A stretch of DNA of 35,126 bases from positions 1 through 35,126 of the IMG/VR virus record IMGVR_UViG_3300032136_000012; one strand, written 5' to 3'. This document shows, one piece after another, positions 17,267 to 26,036 of this stretch. The translations under genes and the position numbers were made by a program. The notes under the pieces were generated by a model. That model was not told the DNA's origin and ran no database searches. It worked only from the letters and a program-made list of their open reading frames with translations. The stretch comes from a virus. Taxonomy: Duplodnaviria; Caudoviricetes. The stretch's first letter is position 1. Each line of letters opens with the position of its first letter.

Positions 17267-17698
17267 ATGGCTCAGCTTAATATTGAATTTACTACCTTAG
17301 GTGGCCGAGAGGTCAAGTACCAACTTACTGCCCTAAAGCGCAAGGAAGCGGCGTTAGTGTTCCATAACACTCTTCGGACTTTACTGTCGGCAATGATCAG
17401 CGATGATGAAGAGGTGAGCTCTACCGCCGTTTTCGTACGTGCTCTCCAAAACTTTGACTTTGAATTGTTTTGGGAGCTAGCGTCTCGGTTGCTCCGTAAT
17501 GCTACTGTGTTTTCAGAAGACAAGATCATAGAGATCAAGAGCCTAGATAACACCGAATACTTCGACGACCGCCAAGATGAAATGTATTGGGCCGTCTATC
17601 ATGCTGTGCAGGCTAACTACCCAAAGTTCTTTTCGGGTCTGATGGAGAAACTCGGTTTCAGCCCCGACTTAGCCGAAGTAGCGAAAGCGAACCAATAA
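17267..17698 (+). CDS. tail assembly chaperone (gpG-like, short form)
   Basis: 143 aa between tube and tape measure genes; contains the in-frame slippery heptamer C CCA AAG at 17620-17626. Confidence 0.8.
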   Translation: MAQLNIEFTTLGGREVKYQLTALKRKEAALVFHNTLRTLLSAMISDDEEVSSTAVFVRALQNFDFELFWELASRLLRNATVFSEDKIIEIKSLDNTEYFDDRQDEMYWAVYHAVQANYPKFFSGLMEKLGFSPDLAEVAKANQ

Positions 17699-17862
17699 AA
17701 CACTCCCTAGCGGTTTGGCAGATCGAAAACTACCAAGTCGCGACATTCTACCATGTCTCCCCAGACGAGGTAGAGAATTGGACCAACGTAGACTTTCTGG
17801 ACCGACAGGAGTTTATGTTCATCGAATGGGACCTCCAACGGAGAGAACGAGAACGTGCCTAA
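17620..17862 (+). CDS. -1 frameshift extension of the tail chaperone (gpGT-like, about 198 aa in total)
   Basis: The -1 frame is open from just before CCCAAAG to TAA at 17860-17862 and reads ...YQVATFYHVSPDEVENWTNVDFLDRQEF...; it is absent from the ORF track. Confidence 0.78.
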   Translation, partial: PKVLFGSDGETRFQPRLSRSSESEPIKHSLAVWQIENYQVATFYHVSPDEVENWTNVDFLDRQEFMFIEWDLQRRERERA

Positions 17863-19333
17863 AGTCCTAGAAGAATTTGTTGCCCGACTAGTCTGGGAGG
17901 TTGATAGTTTCGACCTCAAGAAGGCAGAGAAGGACGGGAAGAAAGCCGCGAAGTCCCTCCGGGAGGGGTTCTCCAAAGCTGCGAAGACTATCAAGACGGT
18001 TGCGAAAGTAACCACCGCAGCGGCTTCCGCCCTTAATGGCTTTCTCTTCTTGACCAACAAACACACGGCCATTGAGGTCAACCGTGCTCGAGCCTTTGGT
18101 CAGTCTGCGGCGACCATCGACGCCCTTGGATACGCCATGTCGAACATGGGAATCGACGAGGAGCGCATCATCGACCTAACAAAGGAGATGAATGCTAAGA
18201 TGGGTGAGTTCCTCCAATTGGGGGAGGCATCGGATCGTATGTCGCAGGCATTCGGGCAGGTCCGAGACGTTATCACCTTGACCGGATTGGAACTCGAGGA
18301 GATCGAGAAGCTCGAACCTGCAGAGCAGTTCATCCAAATCGCCGACGCGATGAAGCAGATGGACAATCTGCAGGGGGCACAGGCTGCGGCGAAGATCCTA
18401 TTCGGAGAAGAGGGGACGAAGATCATTGGTCACCTCCGTTCCTATGACGGATCTCTCCGTGACATCGTTACCCGGTACAAGGCTCTAAGCCTCCTCACTG
18501 ATGAGGGTAGACAGGGTGCGGTTGACTTTTTCAAAGAGTTCAACGAGGGCCGTGCTGTCTTTACTACCCTTGGTCAAGAACTCGCCGGGCTTACCGGAAA
18601 AGCACTTCTCCCCCTCATCGAGCAATTTAAAGACTGGGTTATCACTAACCGAAAACTCCTTCGGCAGCGGATTCGTACATGGGCCAGACGGCTCGCTAGA
18701 TCTGTCCGAGACATAGCGCGGACAATAGCTTGGCTCTTGGACCTACTGATCCCTCTCGTGGACAGACTCTACCAAGCCAAGGGAGCCATTGTCGCTTTTG
18801 CAGCGGCTCTCGCTATTGGAAAGATAGCAGCCTTTGTAGGAGTCGTTGCTGGAATAGGTAAGTGGGTTCTTATCCTAGCTAAGATAAAAACCTTCGCCTG
18901 GCTTGCCGGCTTTACTGGCTTCCTTATGCTTCTTGAAGACATCCACCATGGAATCACAAAAGGGAGATCTATCTTTTACGATCTCTATCGAGTCCTTTCC
19001 TGGGATAAAGATGTTGCTTGGATGGTCTTCTGGAAAGAATTGATCGACCGTACAGAACGATTCATAAGCGGCGTAGGCGCTGCCTTCTTTGGTGGTGAGG
19101 ACTTTTTCGGTAAAGAGCGAAGGGAACAATTCGGCGGCACACCACAACCGAATCAAAGCTATGCTACCCCGTATCAAGTCAGTAAGGGCGTAGAGTACAA
19201 TAAGAAACAGTCTCGCGTTGACATCAAGAACACATTCAATATCTCTCAACGAAAAGGGGAGAGCGGGAAAGATTTTGCAGATCGTGCTGCAGGGCAGTTC
19301 AGTAAATACTACCGAGAGGGAGCGCTCTACTAA
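17855..19333 (+). CDS. tail tape measure protein
   Basis: 492 aa, helical and Ala-rich with a hydrophobic stretch; VLEEFVARL N-terminus; follows the chaperones. Confidence 0.85.
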   Translation: MPKVLEEFVARLVWEVDSFDLKKAEKDGKKAAKSLREGFSKAAKTIKTVAKVTTAAASALNGFLFLTNKHTAIEVNRARAFGQSAATIDALGYAMSNMGIDEERIIDLTKEMNAKMGEFLQLGEASDRMSQAFGQVRDVITLTGLELEEIEKLEPAEQFIQIADAMKQMDNLQGAQAAAKILFGEEGTKIIGHLRSYDGSLRDIVTRYKALSLLTDEGRQGAVDFFKEFNEGRAVFTTLGQELAGLTGKALLPLIEQFKDWVITNRKLLRQRIRTWARRLARSVRDIARTIAWLLDLLIPLVDRLYQAKGAIVAFAAALAIGKIAAFVGVVAGIGKWVLILAKIKTFAWLAGFTGFLMLLEDIHHGITKGRSIFYDLYRVLSWDKDVAWMVFWKELIDRTERFISGVGAAFFGGEDFFGKERREQFGGTPQPNQSYATPYQVSKGVEYNKKQSRVDIKNTFNISQRKGESGKDFADRAAGQFSKYYREGALY

Positions 19334-19983
19334 TGTCAACATTCCCAAACCCTATCCAAGAAAAGAAGAATCAGTTCTTCGGATCGACCCCTGTCCTATT
19401 GGAGTCCGAGAAGAGAGAACTGATCGTGGATGTGTTGACAGAAGAGCGTCCAGACTTCTCCTTCGAGATAACTGAACACCCCGTCGAAGAGGGGCTTGCA
19501 GTTAACGACTCACGAATTAAGCTCCCTACGACATTAACCCTAGAGTGCATCTTCCTAGACATGGACCTCAGCATTGTTGGTGTGGGCCGTAACGCGATGT
19601 ACGGTGGGTTCAATACCGAAGAGTGGAAAGACAAAAGAGACCGCCTCTTTCTCATGGCTGAAGAGGATTATGTCATCAAGGTTGTGACGCCTTTCCGGAC
19701 CTACGAGTCGATGGTCATTGAGAATATCGCCCCGAATGTAACCCCCCAGACGGCCTCTGGTCTGTTTGCTACCGTGACCCTTCGAGAGGTTGTACGGGTA
19801 GAGAGTGCTGTCGGCGAGGACACCAAGGACATTCCAAAACGTCTCAAGTCAAAGGAAAAAGAGACGGACACGAAAAAGAAAAAGAAGCCCCCCAAAGAGG
19901 GAGGGAACAACAAAGGGAACAAAACTACTGAGCCGATGTCTAACTCAGCGATTCAGAATGCACAGGGTCTACTACCAGGATAA
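19333..19983 (+). CDS. baseplate / tail-tube initiator (Dit-like) protein
   Basis: EITEHPVEEG..VND....P and VVTPFRTYESMVI...ATVTLREV motifs; follows the tape measure gene. Confidence 0.75.
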   Translation: MSTFPNPIQEKKNQFFGSTPVLLESEKRELIVDVLTEERPDFSFEITEHPVEEGLAVNDSRIKLPTTLTLECIFLDMDLSIVGVGRNAMYGGFNTEEWKDKRDRLFLMAEEDYVIKVVTPFRTYESMVIENIAPNVTPQTASGLFATVTLREVVRVESAVGEDTKDIPKRLKSKEKETDTKKKKKPPKEGGNNKGNKTTEPMSNSAIQNAQGLLPG

Positions 19984-20315
19984 TGGAAGATTATAACGAA
20001 ATACCGCTTGAGAGCGATTCAGGCTATTCCTTCTCTACCTCCCTTGAGAACAACCCCTACACCTTCAGCATTCACTGGAACGTTCTGAAGAGCGCTTACT
20101 TCATGAGCATCAAGAGCGACACCCTGGATGTGGACATAAAAGGAATCCGGCTTGTCACAAATGTGAACCTACTCAAGCCCTACCCTGTTACTGAGTTGGG
20201 AGCGATGTACCTCTTGGACACCTCCGGAGATTATTCAGAGGCTACTTTTGAGTCTCTCGGCGACACTCATATCCTAGTCTACATCCCGACTACGAATCCA
20301 GATGCTATTATATGA
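19983..20315 (+). CDS. small baseplate protein
   Basis: 110 aa (EIPL...FSTSL...HWN...GIRLV..VNLL), the usual gene between Dit-like and hub genes in this myovirus layout. Confidence 0.65.
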   Translation: MEDYNEIPLESDSGYSFSTSLENNPYTFSIHWNVLKSAYFMSIKSDTLDVDIKGIRLVTNVNLLKPYPVTELGAMYLLDTSGDYSEATFESLGDTHILVYIPTTNPDAII

Positions 20316-21258
20316 CCGTACTTGTATCCTCTACGTAACCGCAGGGGGACAAAAATACAAAATCGACAAACTGCACATGGATTTTAGAATCCTGCTGACC
20401 GATGAGCCTGAGCCAAACTCAGCGGAAATTACCATCTTCGGTCTAGGTAGTGGAACACGACACTTGTTCTCGGAAGAGCACCAAGCTATTGAATTCCACG
20501 CGGGGTATGGAGACAACACCGCGCTTATTTTTAAAGGTGTCACGGTCAACGTCTTCCATGAGAAATCGGATGTCACTTGGGAGACAACGATCTTTGCATA
20601 CGACGGCTTGGATGCCTTAGTAGACCCCCGGAACAAATTCAAGAAGTCTTACAAAAAAGGTGTTAAGATCTCCAGGATCGTTAAAGACCTCGCTACTCAC
20701 CTTGACATACCTCACAAGATTGGTGTGATCAGTGACTCCGACCGGACACCCTACGGGGTTGCCTACTGCGGAATGCCTAAGGCCGTACTGAACCAAATAG
20801 CCATTGACTACGATCTCGAGTGGAGCATACAGAACGGAGAACTCCTCGTCTACGGAGCCCGTACCCTACTCAACCCAACCTCTATCGTGCTCACTCCCGA
20901 AACAGGCTTGATAGGCTCCCCTGTCGTATCAGAGAGAACAGAACAGCTCAAGAAGAAGAGGAAGAAGAAGGCAAAGCCGAAACGTATCCCCTACGTAGAG
21001 GTCACTTCTCTCCTCAATCACCAGATAAGACCCGGGGCGCTAATCAAGATTGAATCGAACCGCACCCTAGTTCGGACCGGGAAACCCTCAACTGAGAAAG
21101 CAAAAAAGACAGAAGCGAACGGCCTCTACTATGTAACGACTGCCCGCTTCTTAGGAAGCAACTACGACCTAGACTATTATGTAGAAGCTACCGCCGACGC
21201 AGGAGAGGACATCTTCTTTTACAAGACTTTCAACGGGGCAAAGACTAGTGATGTCTGA
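20302..21258 (+). CDS. baseplate hub protein
   Basis: PNSAEITIFGL, AGYGD...IFKG, WSIQNGEL, LTPETGLIGSP, SLLNHQIRPG motifs. Confidence 0.8.
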   Translation: MLLYDRTCILYVTAGGQKYKIDKLHMDFRILLTDEPEPNSAEITIFGLGSGTRHLFSEEHQAIEFHAGYGDNTALIFKGVTVNVFHEKSDVTWETTIFAYDGLDALVDPRNKFKKSYKKGVKISRIVKDLATHLDIPHKIGVISDSDRTPYGVAYCGMPKAVLNQIAIDYDLEWSIQNGELLVYGARTLLNPTSIVLTPETGLIGSPVVSERTEQLKKKRKKKAKPKRIPYVEVTSLLNHQIRPGALIKIESNRTLVRTGKPSTEKAKKTEANGLYYVTTARFLGSNYDLDYYVEATADAGEDIFFYKTFNGAKTSDV

Positions 21259-21937
21259 AGAAATTTCTAACTTAAATAGATGGCTGCGGGATCAACTGAC
21301 TGAGGTACACACCTGCCTTCCTGGTCAGGTAGTCTCCTTCGACGCCGCGACACAGACCTGTTCCGTTGTCCCTACCCTCAAGAGGCTCTTCTACGGAGAC
21401 GACGACGCGACGGAGATCCCTGTGATCGAGGACGTCCCCATCGTCTTTCCAGGATCTGGAAACTTCTGGATTACATTCGACGTCAAGCCTGACTCTTACG
21501 TCCTGCTGGTCTTCGCGGAGAGGTCCATTGCTAAATGGATGGACTTGGGTGGAATTGTGGATCCGGAAGCGGCTCACAAGTTCGACTACTCCGACGCCGT
21601 CGCAATCCCCGGGCTCCTCCCGGAGCCTGTAAAGCTCAGTGGCGGCGTGCAGTCGGACTCTATTGAGATCCGTGACGCCAGTCGGAACACCTATCTCAAG
21701 CTTGAAGATGGCGCGATAGAGATAAACGGCGACTCTGACTTTGCGGTGGCCTTTAATGATCTAAAGACTGGTTTTGATGACCTCCGAACAGAAGTGAATG
21801 CCTTCCTCGGAAAATATAACACCCATACCCACGCCGGAGCGGGACCTTCACCCCTACTAGCTGTCCCTGCTGAGAGCGCAACCACCGCAACTGCAACAAT
21901 CGACGCCGCAAAAGTCTCAACCGTAAAGGTACCTTGA
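21251..21937 (+). CDS. baseplate central spike (Gp138-like)
   Basis: HTCLPGQVVSFD, DVPIVFP, LLVFAERSI..W, FDYSDAVAIPG and a C-terminal HTH metal-binding tip motif (NTHTH). Confidence 0.85.
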   Translation: MSEEISNLNRWLRDQLTEVHTCLPGQVVSFDAATQTCSVVPTLKRLFYGDDDATEIPVIEDVPIVFPGSGNFWITFDVKPDSYVLLVFAERSIAKWMDLGGIVDPEAAHKFDYSDAVAIPGLLPEPVKLSGGVQSDSIEIRDASRNTYLKLEDGAIEINGDSDFAVAFNDLKTGFDDLRTEVNAFLGKYNTHTHAGAGPSPLLAVPAESATTATATIDAAKVSTVKVP

Positions 21938-22293
21938 TGGCAACTGACCTGAAACTAACAGCCAACCATGATCTCTCGATCACTGGCGGCGACATCGACC
22001 TAGCAACCGAGGGAACCGAGGTGGCTCAATCTGTCAAGATCCGACTGCTCTTCGTTGAAGGTGAGTGGGTGCTGGACTACACACAGGGTGTTCCCTGGAT
22101 AGACGTCATCTTCTCCATGCAGTACAGTACAGCCTACAAAGAGCTGACCCTCCGAGACGTCATTAACACCACCGACGGGATTCGAAACCTGAAAGAGTTC
22201 TTCTTCGAGACCGACCCGAACAATCGGGGGGCCACAGTATCCTTCACAGCCGAAACAGACTTTGCCGACATCATAGTCGAGGTTAAACAATGA
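21937..22293 (+). CDS. baseplate wedge protein (gp25/GP46-like)
   Basis: VAQSVKIRLLFVEGEWVLDYTQGVPW signature. Confidence 0.8.
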   Translation: MATDLKLTANHDLSITGGDIDLATEGTEVAQSVKIRLLFVEGEWVLDYTQGVPWIDVIFSMQYSTAYKELTLRDVINTTDGIRNLKEFFFETDPNNRGATVSFTAETDFADIIVEVKQ

Positions 22294-23456
22294 GCACAAT
22301 AGACAGCACTGGGATCTCGGTTGACCGTCTAGCGACGATACGTACCAACCTGCAGACCCTCTTCAAAGCCTCTTTCGGCGACGACATCAAAGTAGGCGCT
22401 GACTCTGTCTTTGGACAGATCATCGAGAACCTAGCTCTCACCCTCCACGACCAGAATGAGCTCATCGAAGACGTTGCAGGGATCCTCAATCCACAGAACG
22501 CCTCGGGAGTAAACCTCGCCAACCTAGTCGTCCTCAATGGCATCACAAAGAACCCCAACGTCAACTCTACCGCTTCAGTGAAGTGCACAGTCACCAAGGC
22601 GATAACGATACCGCAGGGGTCGATCATCACCGACGCCAATGGTATTGAGTGGACGACCGACGCTGACCTGACCATCGACTACCCAACAGCCACTACAGGC
22701 TATGTAGGTGTGACATGCTCTGAAGATGGAGCCATCTCAGCCGGGGCCAATACCATTAACGTCATCAGTAGCCCCCTCTCTGGTTGGACCCTAGCCACGA
22801 ACGACCTCGCGGCCGCCACCGTTGGGGAGCTCGAGGAGACCGACGCAGCCCTGCGCCTACGCAGGCAGACGGTATCCGAGAGAGCGTCCACAACCTCCAC
22901 TTCAGCCATCTTCCTGGCCGTCTCCGAGGTCGACGGGATCACTGAGACCAAAGTCTACGAGAACAACGGAACGGCGGTGGACAGCGACGGGATCCCCCCG
23001 CAGCATGTCTGGGTGCTGGTCAAGGGAACCTTCGACAGCGACGAGCTCGCTGAGGCGATCTACACTCACCGAGGGGCCGGCACGGGGACGGTGGGCGACA
23101 CGACTGTGTCCTACACAGACTCGGACAGCGGCGACACCGTGGACCTGAAATACACCGAGGCCGACGACATCACCATCGATGTCGAGATCACCCTAGACAT
23201 CTTTGACAACACCACCTATACAGCCGACGGAGGCGCGGACGCTATCAAGACCGCCGTCGCCGCGTACATAAACTCCTTGGCGATGGGGGTCGACGTAGAC
23301 CGCTCTCGCATCTACACCCCCGCCAACACCGTCGGGGGCCACACAATCACCTCCGTCAAACTTTCCCGGAACCCTGCGGCAGTGACAGCCGCTGACATCA
23401 CCCTCGATGTGGATGAGTACGCCGTCACAGCGGTGGGGAATATCACGGTGGCATAA
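22290..23456 (+). CDS. baseplate J-like protein
   Basis: ASGVNL, GELEETDAALRLRR, VYEN.....DSDGIPPQH motifs; 388 aa. Confidence 0.88.
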   Translation: MSTIDSTGISVDRLATIRTNLQTLFKASFGDDIKVGADSVFGQIIENLALTLHDQNELIEDVAGILNPQNASGVNLANLVVLNGITKNPNVNSTASVKCTVTKAITIPQGSIITDANGIEWTTDADLTIDYPTATTGYVGVTCSEDGAISAGANTINVISSPLSGWTLATNDLAAATVGELEETDAALRLRRQTVSERASTTSTSAIFLAVSEVDGITETKVYENNGTAVDSDGIPPQHVWVLVKGTFDSDELAEAIYTHRGAGTGTVGDTTVSYTDSDSGDTVDLKYTEADDITIDVEITLDIFDNTTYTADGGADAIKTAVAAYINSLAMGVDVDRSRIYTPANTVGGHTITSVKLSRNPAAVTAADITLDVDEYAVTAVGNITVA

Positions 23457-24067
23457 TGGCTGTTGATGTATACCAAGACTTTCTAGACCGCGCGCTTAGT
23501 CAGTTCGAAGAGTCTACCGAGCTCCTCAAGCTCTTCGAGGCTATCTACGACCAAGTACAAGACTCGCAGGACTTGGTAGACTATCTTGAGGCGAACCTGA
23601 ATGTTGACGACGCCGAGGGCGTCTGGCTTGACATCCTGGGGGACCTCGTAGGTCTGCCACGACCGTACGCCGACGAGGCCCGGGGCGCTATCTTCACTGC
23701 CAAGCTCTCGGGTGAGGTAGACGACCCCGCCCTTGGATGCTACGATAGCGCCACAGGCTCAGGAGGATACATCCAAACCTGGAGCGGGATCAACGTCGTA
23801 GCCGACAGCTCGACCACGGTCTCCGATGCTGAGTATCGCAAGCAGATAAAGGCGAAGGGGATTGCAAACCACGTCAGTGGTATCCCCTCCGATTTCTATA
23901 ACTTTCTTAAAACCGGTTTCAACGTGGAGTCAGACATCGACGACAGCACGGTGGGACTCATCGAAATCACAATCTACGACTATCTCTCCCAGAAGGAGCG
24001 CCGCTTCGTCGAGGAGAAGGGACCCCGTCAAGCGGGGACTCAGGTCGAGATAATCAACTGGCCATAG
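23456..24067 (+). CDS. baseplate wedge protein (DUF2612-like)
   Basis: LSQF, NVDDAEGVWLDILGDLVGLPR and SDAEYRKQIKAK motifs. Confidence 0.82.
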   Translation: MAVDVYQDFLDRALSQFEESTELLKLFEAIYDQVQDSQDLVDYLEANLNVDDAEGVWLDILGDLVGLPRPYADEARGAIFTAKLSGEVDDPALGCYDSATGSGGYIQTWSGINVVADSSTTVSDAEYRKQIKAKGIANHVSGIPSDFYNFLKTGFNVESDIDDSTVGLIEITIYDYLSQKERRFVEEKGPRQAGTQVEIINWP

Positions 24068-24074
24068 AGGTACC

Positions 24075-25511
24075 ATGCCTATAAAAGATATTGACGAGTT
24101 TGCCTCGACAGGAACCAAGACCATACCCTCCGACTCCGAGAAAGCGAGAGGCTGGGTAGGCGGCGAGCAGGTAGCAGGGGATCACCACAACTGGTGGCAG
24201 AACCAGATCACCAACAAGCTCAACGAGAGCATCGCGCAGGGGGTTGACACTGTATACCCAGACGGCGACTCAGCCCGCGACGTGGTCGCTACCAAACTCT
24301 GGGCCACGGAAGTGACCCCTTGGGGTATCTGTGACGACGTCATAAACACCCTCGATATTGGAGCTAAGGCGATCTGTGATTTGGAGGTATACTACCCCTC
24401 ATATGCCGCCGATCAAGACCCCTACCTCATGATCCTCGAAAGAGCTACGGACTCCAATGAGATCTTTGTCTACAACGCGAGAACGAAAGCCTCAATAGAC
24501 TCTTCCGGAACTCTTGGAGGATTGGACTCTGGGAGTGGACAAACCTATGACGCGGTAGACTTCTGTACCGACGGAACCAACGTCTACGTCCTTTTCTGGG
24601 ATTCTCAGGGTGGAGCCAGAGACTGCTACGTCCAAAAGTACGACATCGCGACATGGACTCCTCAATGGGGAGCTGGTCTTATCGGTATCCCTTGTATCGC
24701 TACGGCCTCCACATATCCAACCAATTCCCAGATCATCATGGCTAATGACGCCTACGTAGGTCTCACCATAGAGGGAACGGATATAAACAGCTACAACCCA
24801 TTTATCATCCTAGCTATTGCTGACGGTACTCGAAAGGCTGGGTATGGTGATTTCGGCAAAGGAGCCTCTGACGTAGGTACTGGAGCAATAGCCTCCGACG
24901 GAACAAACCTGTTTGTTGGGATCTATGATCATGCCCCCTCAACACAAAATATTGTAGCAAGTGCGACCATTGCGGGGTTGATAAGCGGCGCTGGCGGCGG
25001 TCTGGCCGGCTTTTCCTACTCTGGTGATGGGGACGTTGGTTTAACGAATCTGATCTGTCCCGCCACAGACGTGCTAGTATCTTTCTGGAACGCATCAAGT
25101 AGTGGAAAGATCGTACAGGCTGGGTTGACTTCCGACCCTGAAGCGTTAGACCTTACCAGCTCTGCAGACATAGAATCCCCCGTCTCCCTCTACGATGTAA
25201 CTTTTGACGGATTGAATTTTTTCATCTTAGGCCGAGCAATAACTGGCGGTGACGCCTTTCGCGCTGTGTACAAATTTCCTGCCTCTTGTTTAATCCTCGA
25301 AGACTCAGGGGGTGCCCTTACTGCTGTTGACTTTTCAACAGTGTCGAGTTATTTCTTAGTCAATCCTAGAGAATCAGGCGGACTTGCAACGTCTGACAAA
25401 GGCAACCTCACCTTCGACGGCCGTGACATTTGGACTGCGCCTGAACCAGATGCGGGGGGAGCGACCCTCGAGGGACAACTCTTCAGACTACCGAGAGCGA
25501 ACAACAGGTAA
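24075..25511 (+). CDS. tail fibre / receptor-binding protein
   Basis: N-terminal GW..GE.......NWWQN fibre-attachment motif followed by beta-propeller-like repeats (TDGTNVYV, SDGTNLFV, FDGLNFFI, FDGRDIW). Confidence 0.75.
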   Translation: MPIKDIDEFASTGTKTIPSDSEKARGWVGGEQVAGDHHNWWQNQITNKLNESIAQGVDTVYPDGDSARDVVATKLWATEVTPWGICDDVINTLDIGAKAICDLEVYYPSYAADQDPYLMILERATDSNEIFVYNARTKASIDSSGTLGGLDSGSGQTYDAVDFCTDGTNVYVLFWDSQGGARDCYVQKYDIATWTPQWGAGLIGIPCIATASTYPTNSQIIMANDAYVGLTIEGTDINSYNPFIILAIADGTRKAGYGDFGKGASDVGTGAIASDGTNLFVGIYDHAPSTQNIVASATIAGLISGAGGGLAGFSYSGDGDVGLTNLICPATDVLVSFWNASSSGKIVQAGLTSDPEALDLTSSADIESPVSLYDVTFDGLNFFILGRAITGGDAFRAVYKFPASCLILEDSGGALTAVDFSTVSSYFLVNPRESGGLATSDKGNLTFDGRDIWTAPEPDAGGATLEGQLFRLPRANNR

Positions 25512-25515
25512 AGAC

Positions 25516-25755
25516 ATGACGAATCCAGAACTAGATCTTAAAATCAGCGAAATCAAAATCTACCTCGAAACAAAGGTTCCTCACTTAGCAACAAAAGAGG
25601 ACGTTTTGTCTGCCGTGTCCAGCGCACTCGAGAAGCACGTCAAGGAGGTGCACAGCCGAGGAAGTCTCTCGAACAAACAGGTTGGATTGCTGGTATCCGC
25701 AGGAGTCGCCCTAGCTGGTGCGCTCACTGCAGTCTTGACAGGCTTGGTAGGCTAG
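25516..25755 (+). CDS. small membrane protein, holin-like
   Basis: 79 aa from ATG 25516; coiled-coil N-part and one C-terminal hydrophobic helix; last gene of the structural operon. Confidence 0.45.
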   Translation: MTNPELDLKISEIKIYLETKVPHLATKEDVLSAVSSALEKHVKEVHSRGSLSNKQVGLLVSAGVALAGALTAVLTGLVG

Positions 25756-26036
25756 ACAGTAAAAGTGAAAGTGATCTCGAGGTCTCTCGATTTCTCGAGG
25801 GTCCAGAGGTCGTGCAGGACTTGATGGACCTTTTCCGGGACGTCCCAGAACTTGTGGCTTTCGTAGTTCCAGCGGCTGGTCAAGACGTCAATCCTCTCGT
25901 GATCTCCGTCGACCCTCCTTAGGTTCGTGATCTTAACTGCCTCCTGCTGCCTCAACATCTGGAGAACAGACTTTGCAAACTGAAGTGTCTCCCGCGTCTC
26001 CTCGTGTGGAACCCATATTCCTCTAATTGCTCCCAT
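25752..26036 (-). CDS. hypothetical protein
   Basis: ATG at 26036 preceded by GGAGG; overlaps the end of the helicase gene. Confidence 0.65.
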   Translation of the reverse strand: MGAIRGIWVPHEETRETLQFAKSVLQMLRQQEAVKITNLRRVDGDHERIDVLTSRWNYESHKFWDVPEKVHQVLHDLWTLEKSRDLEITFTFTV

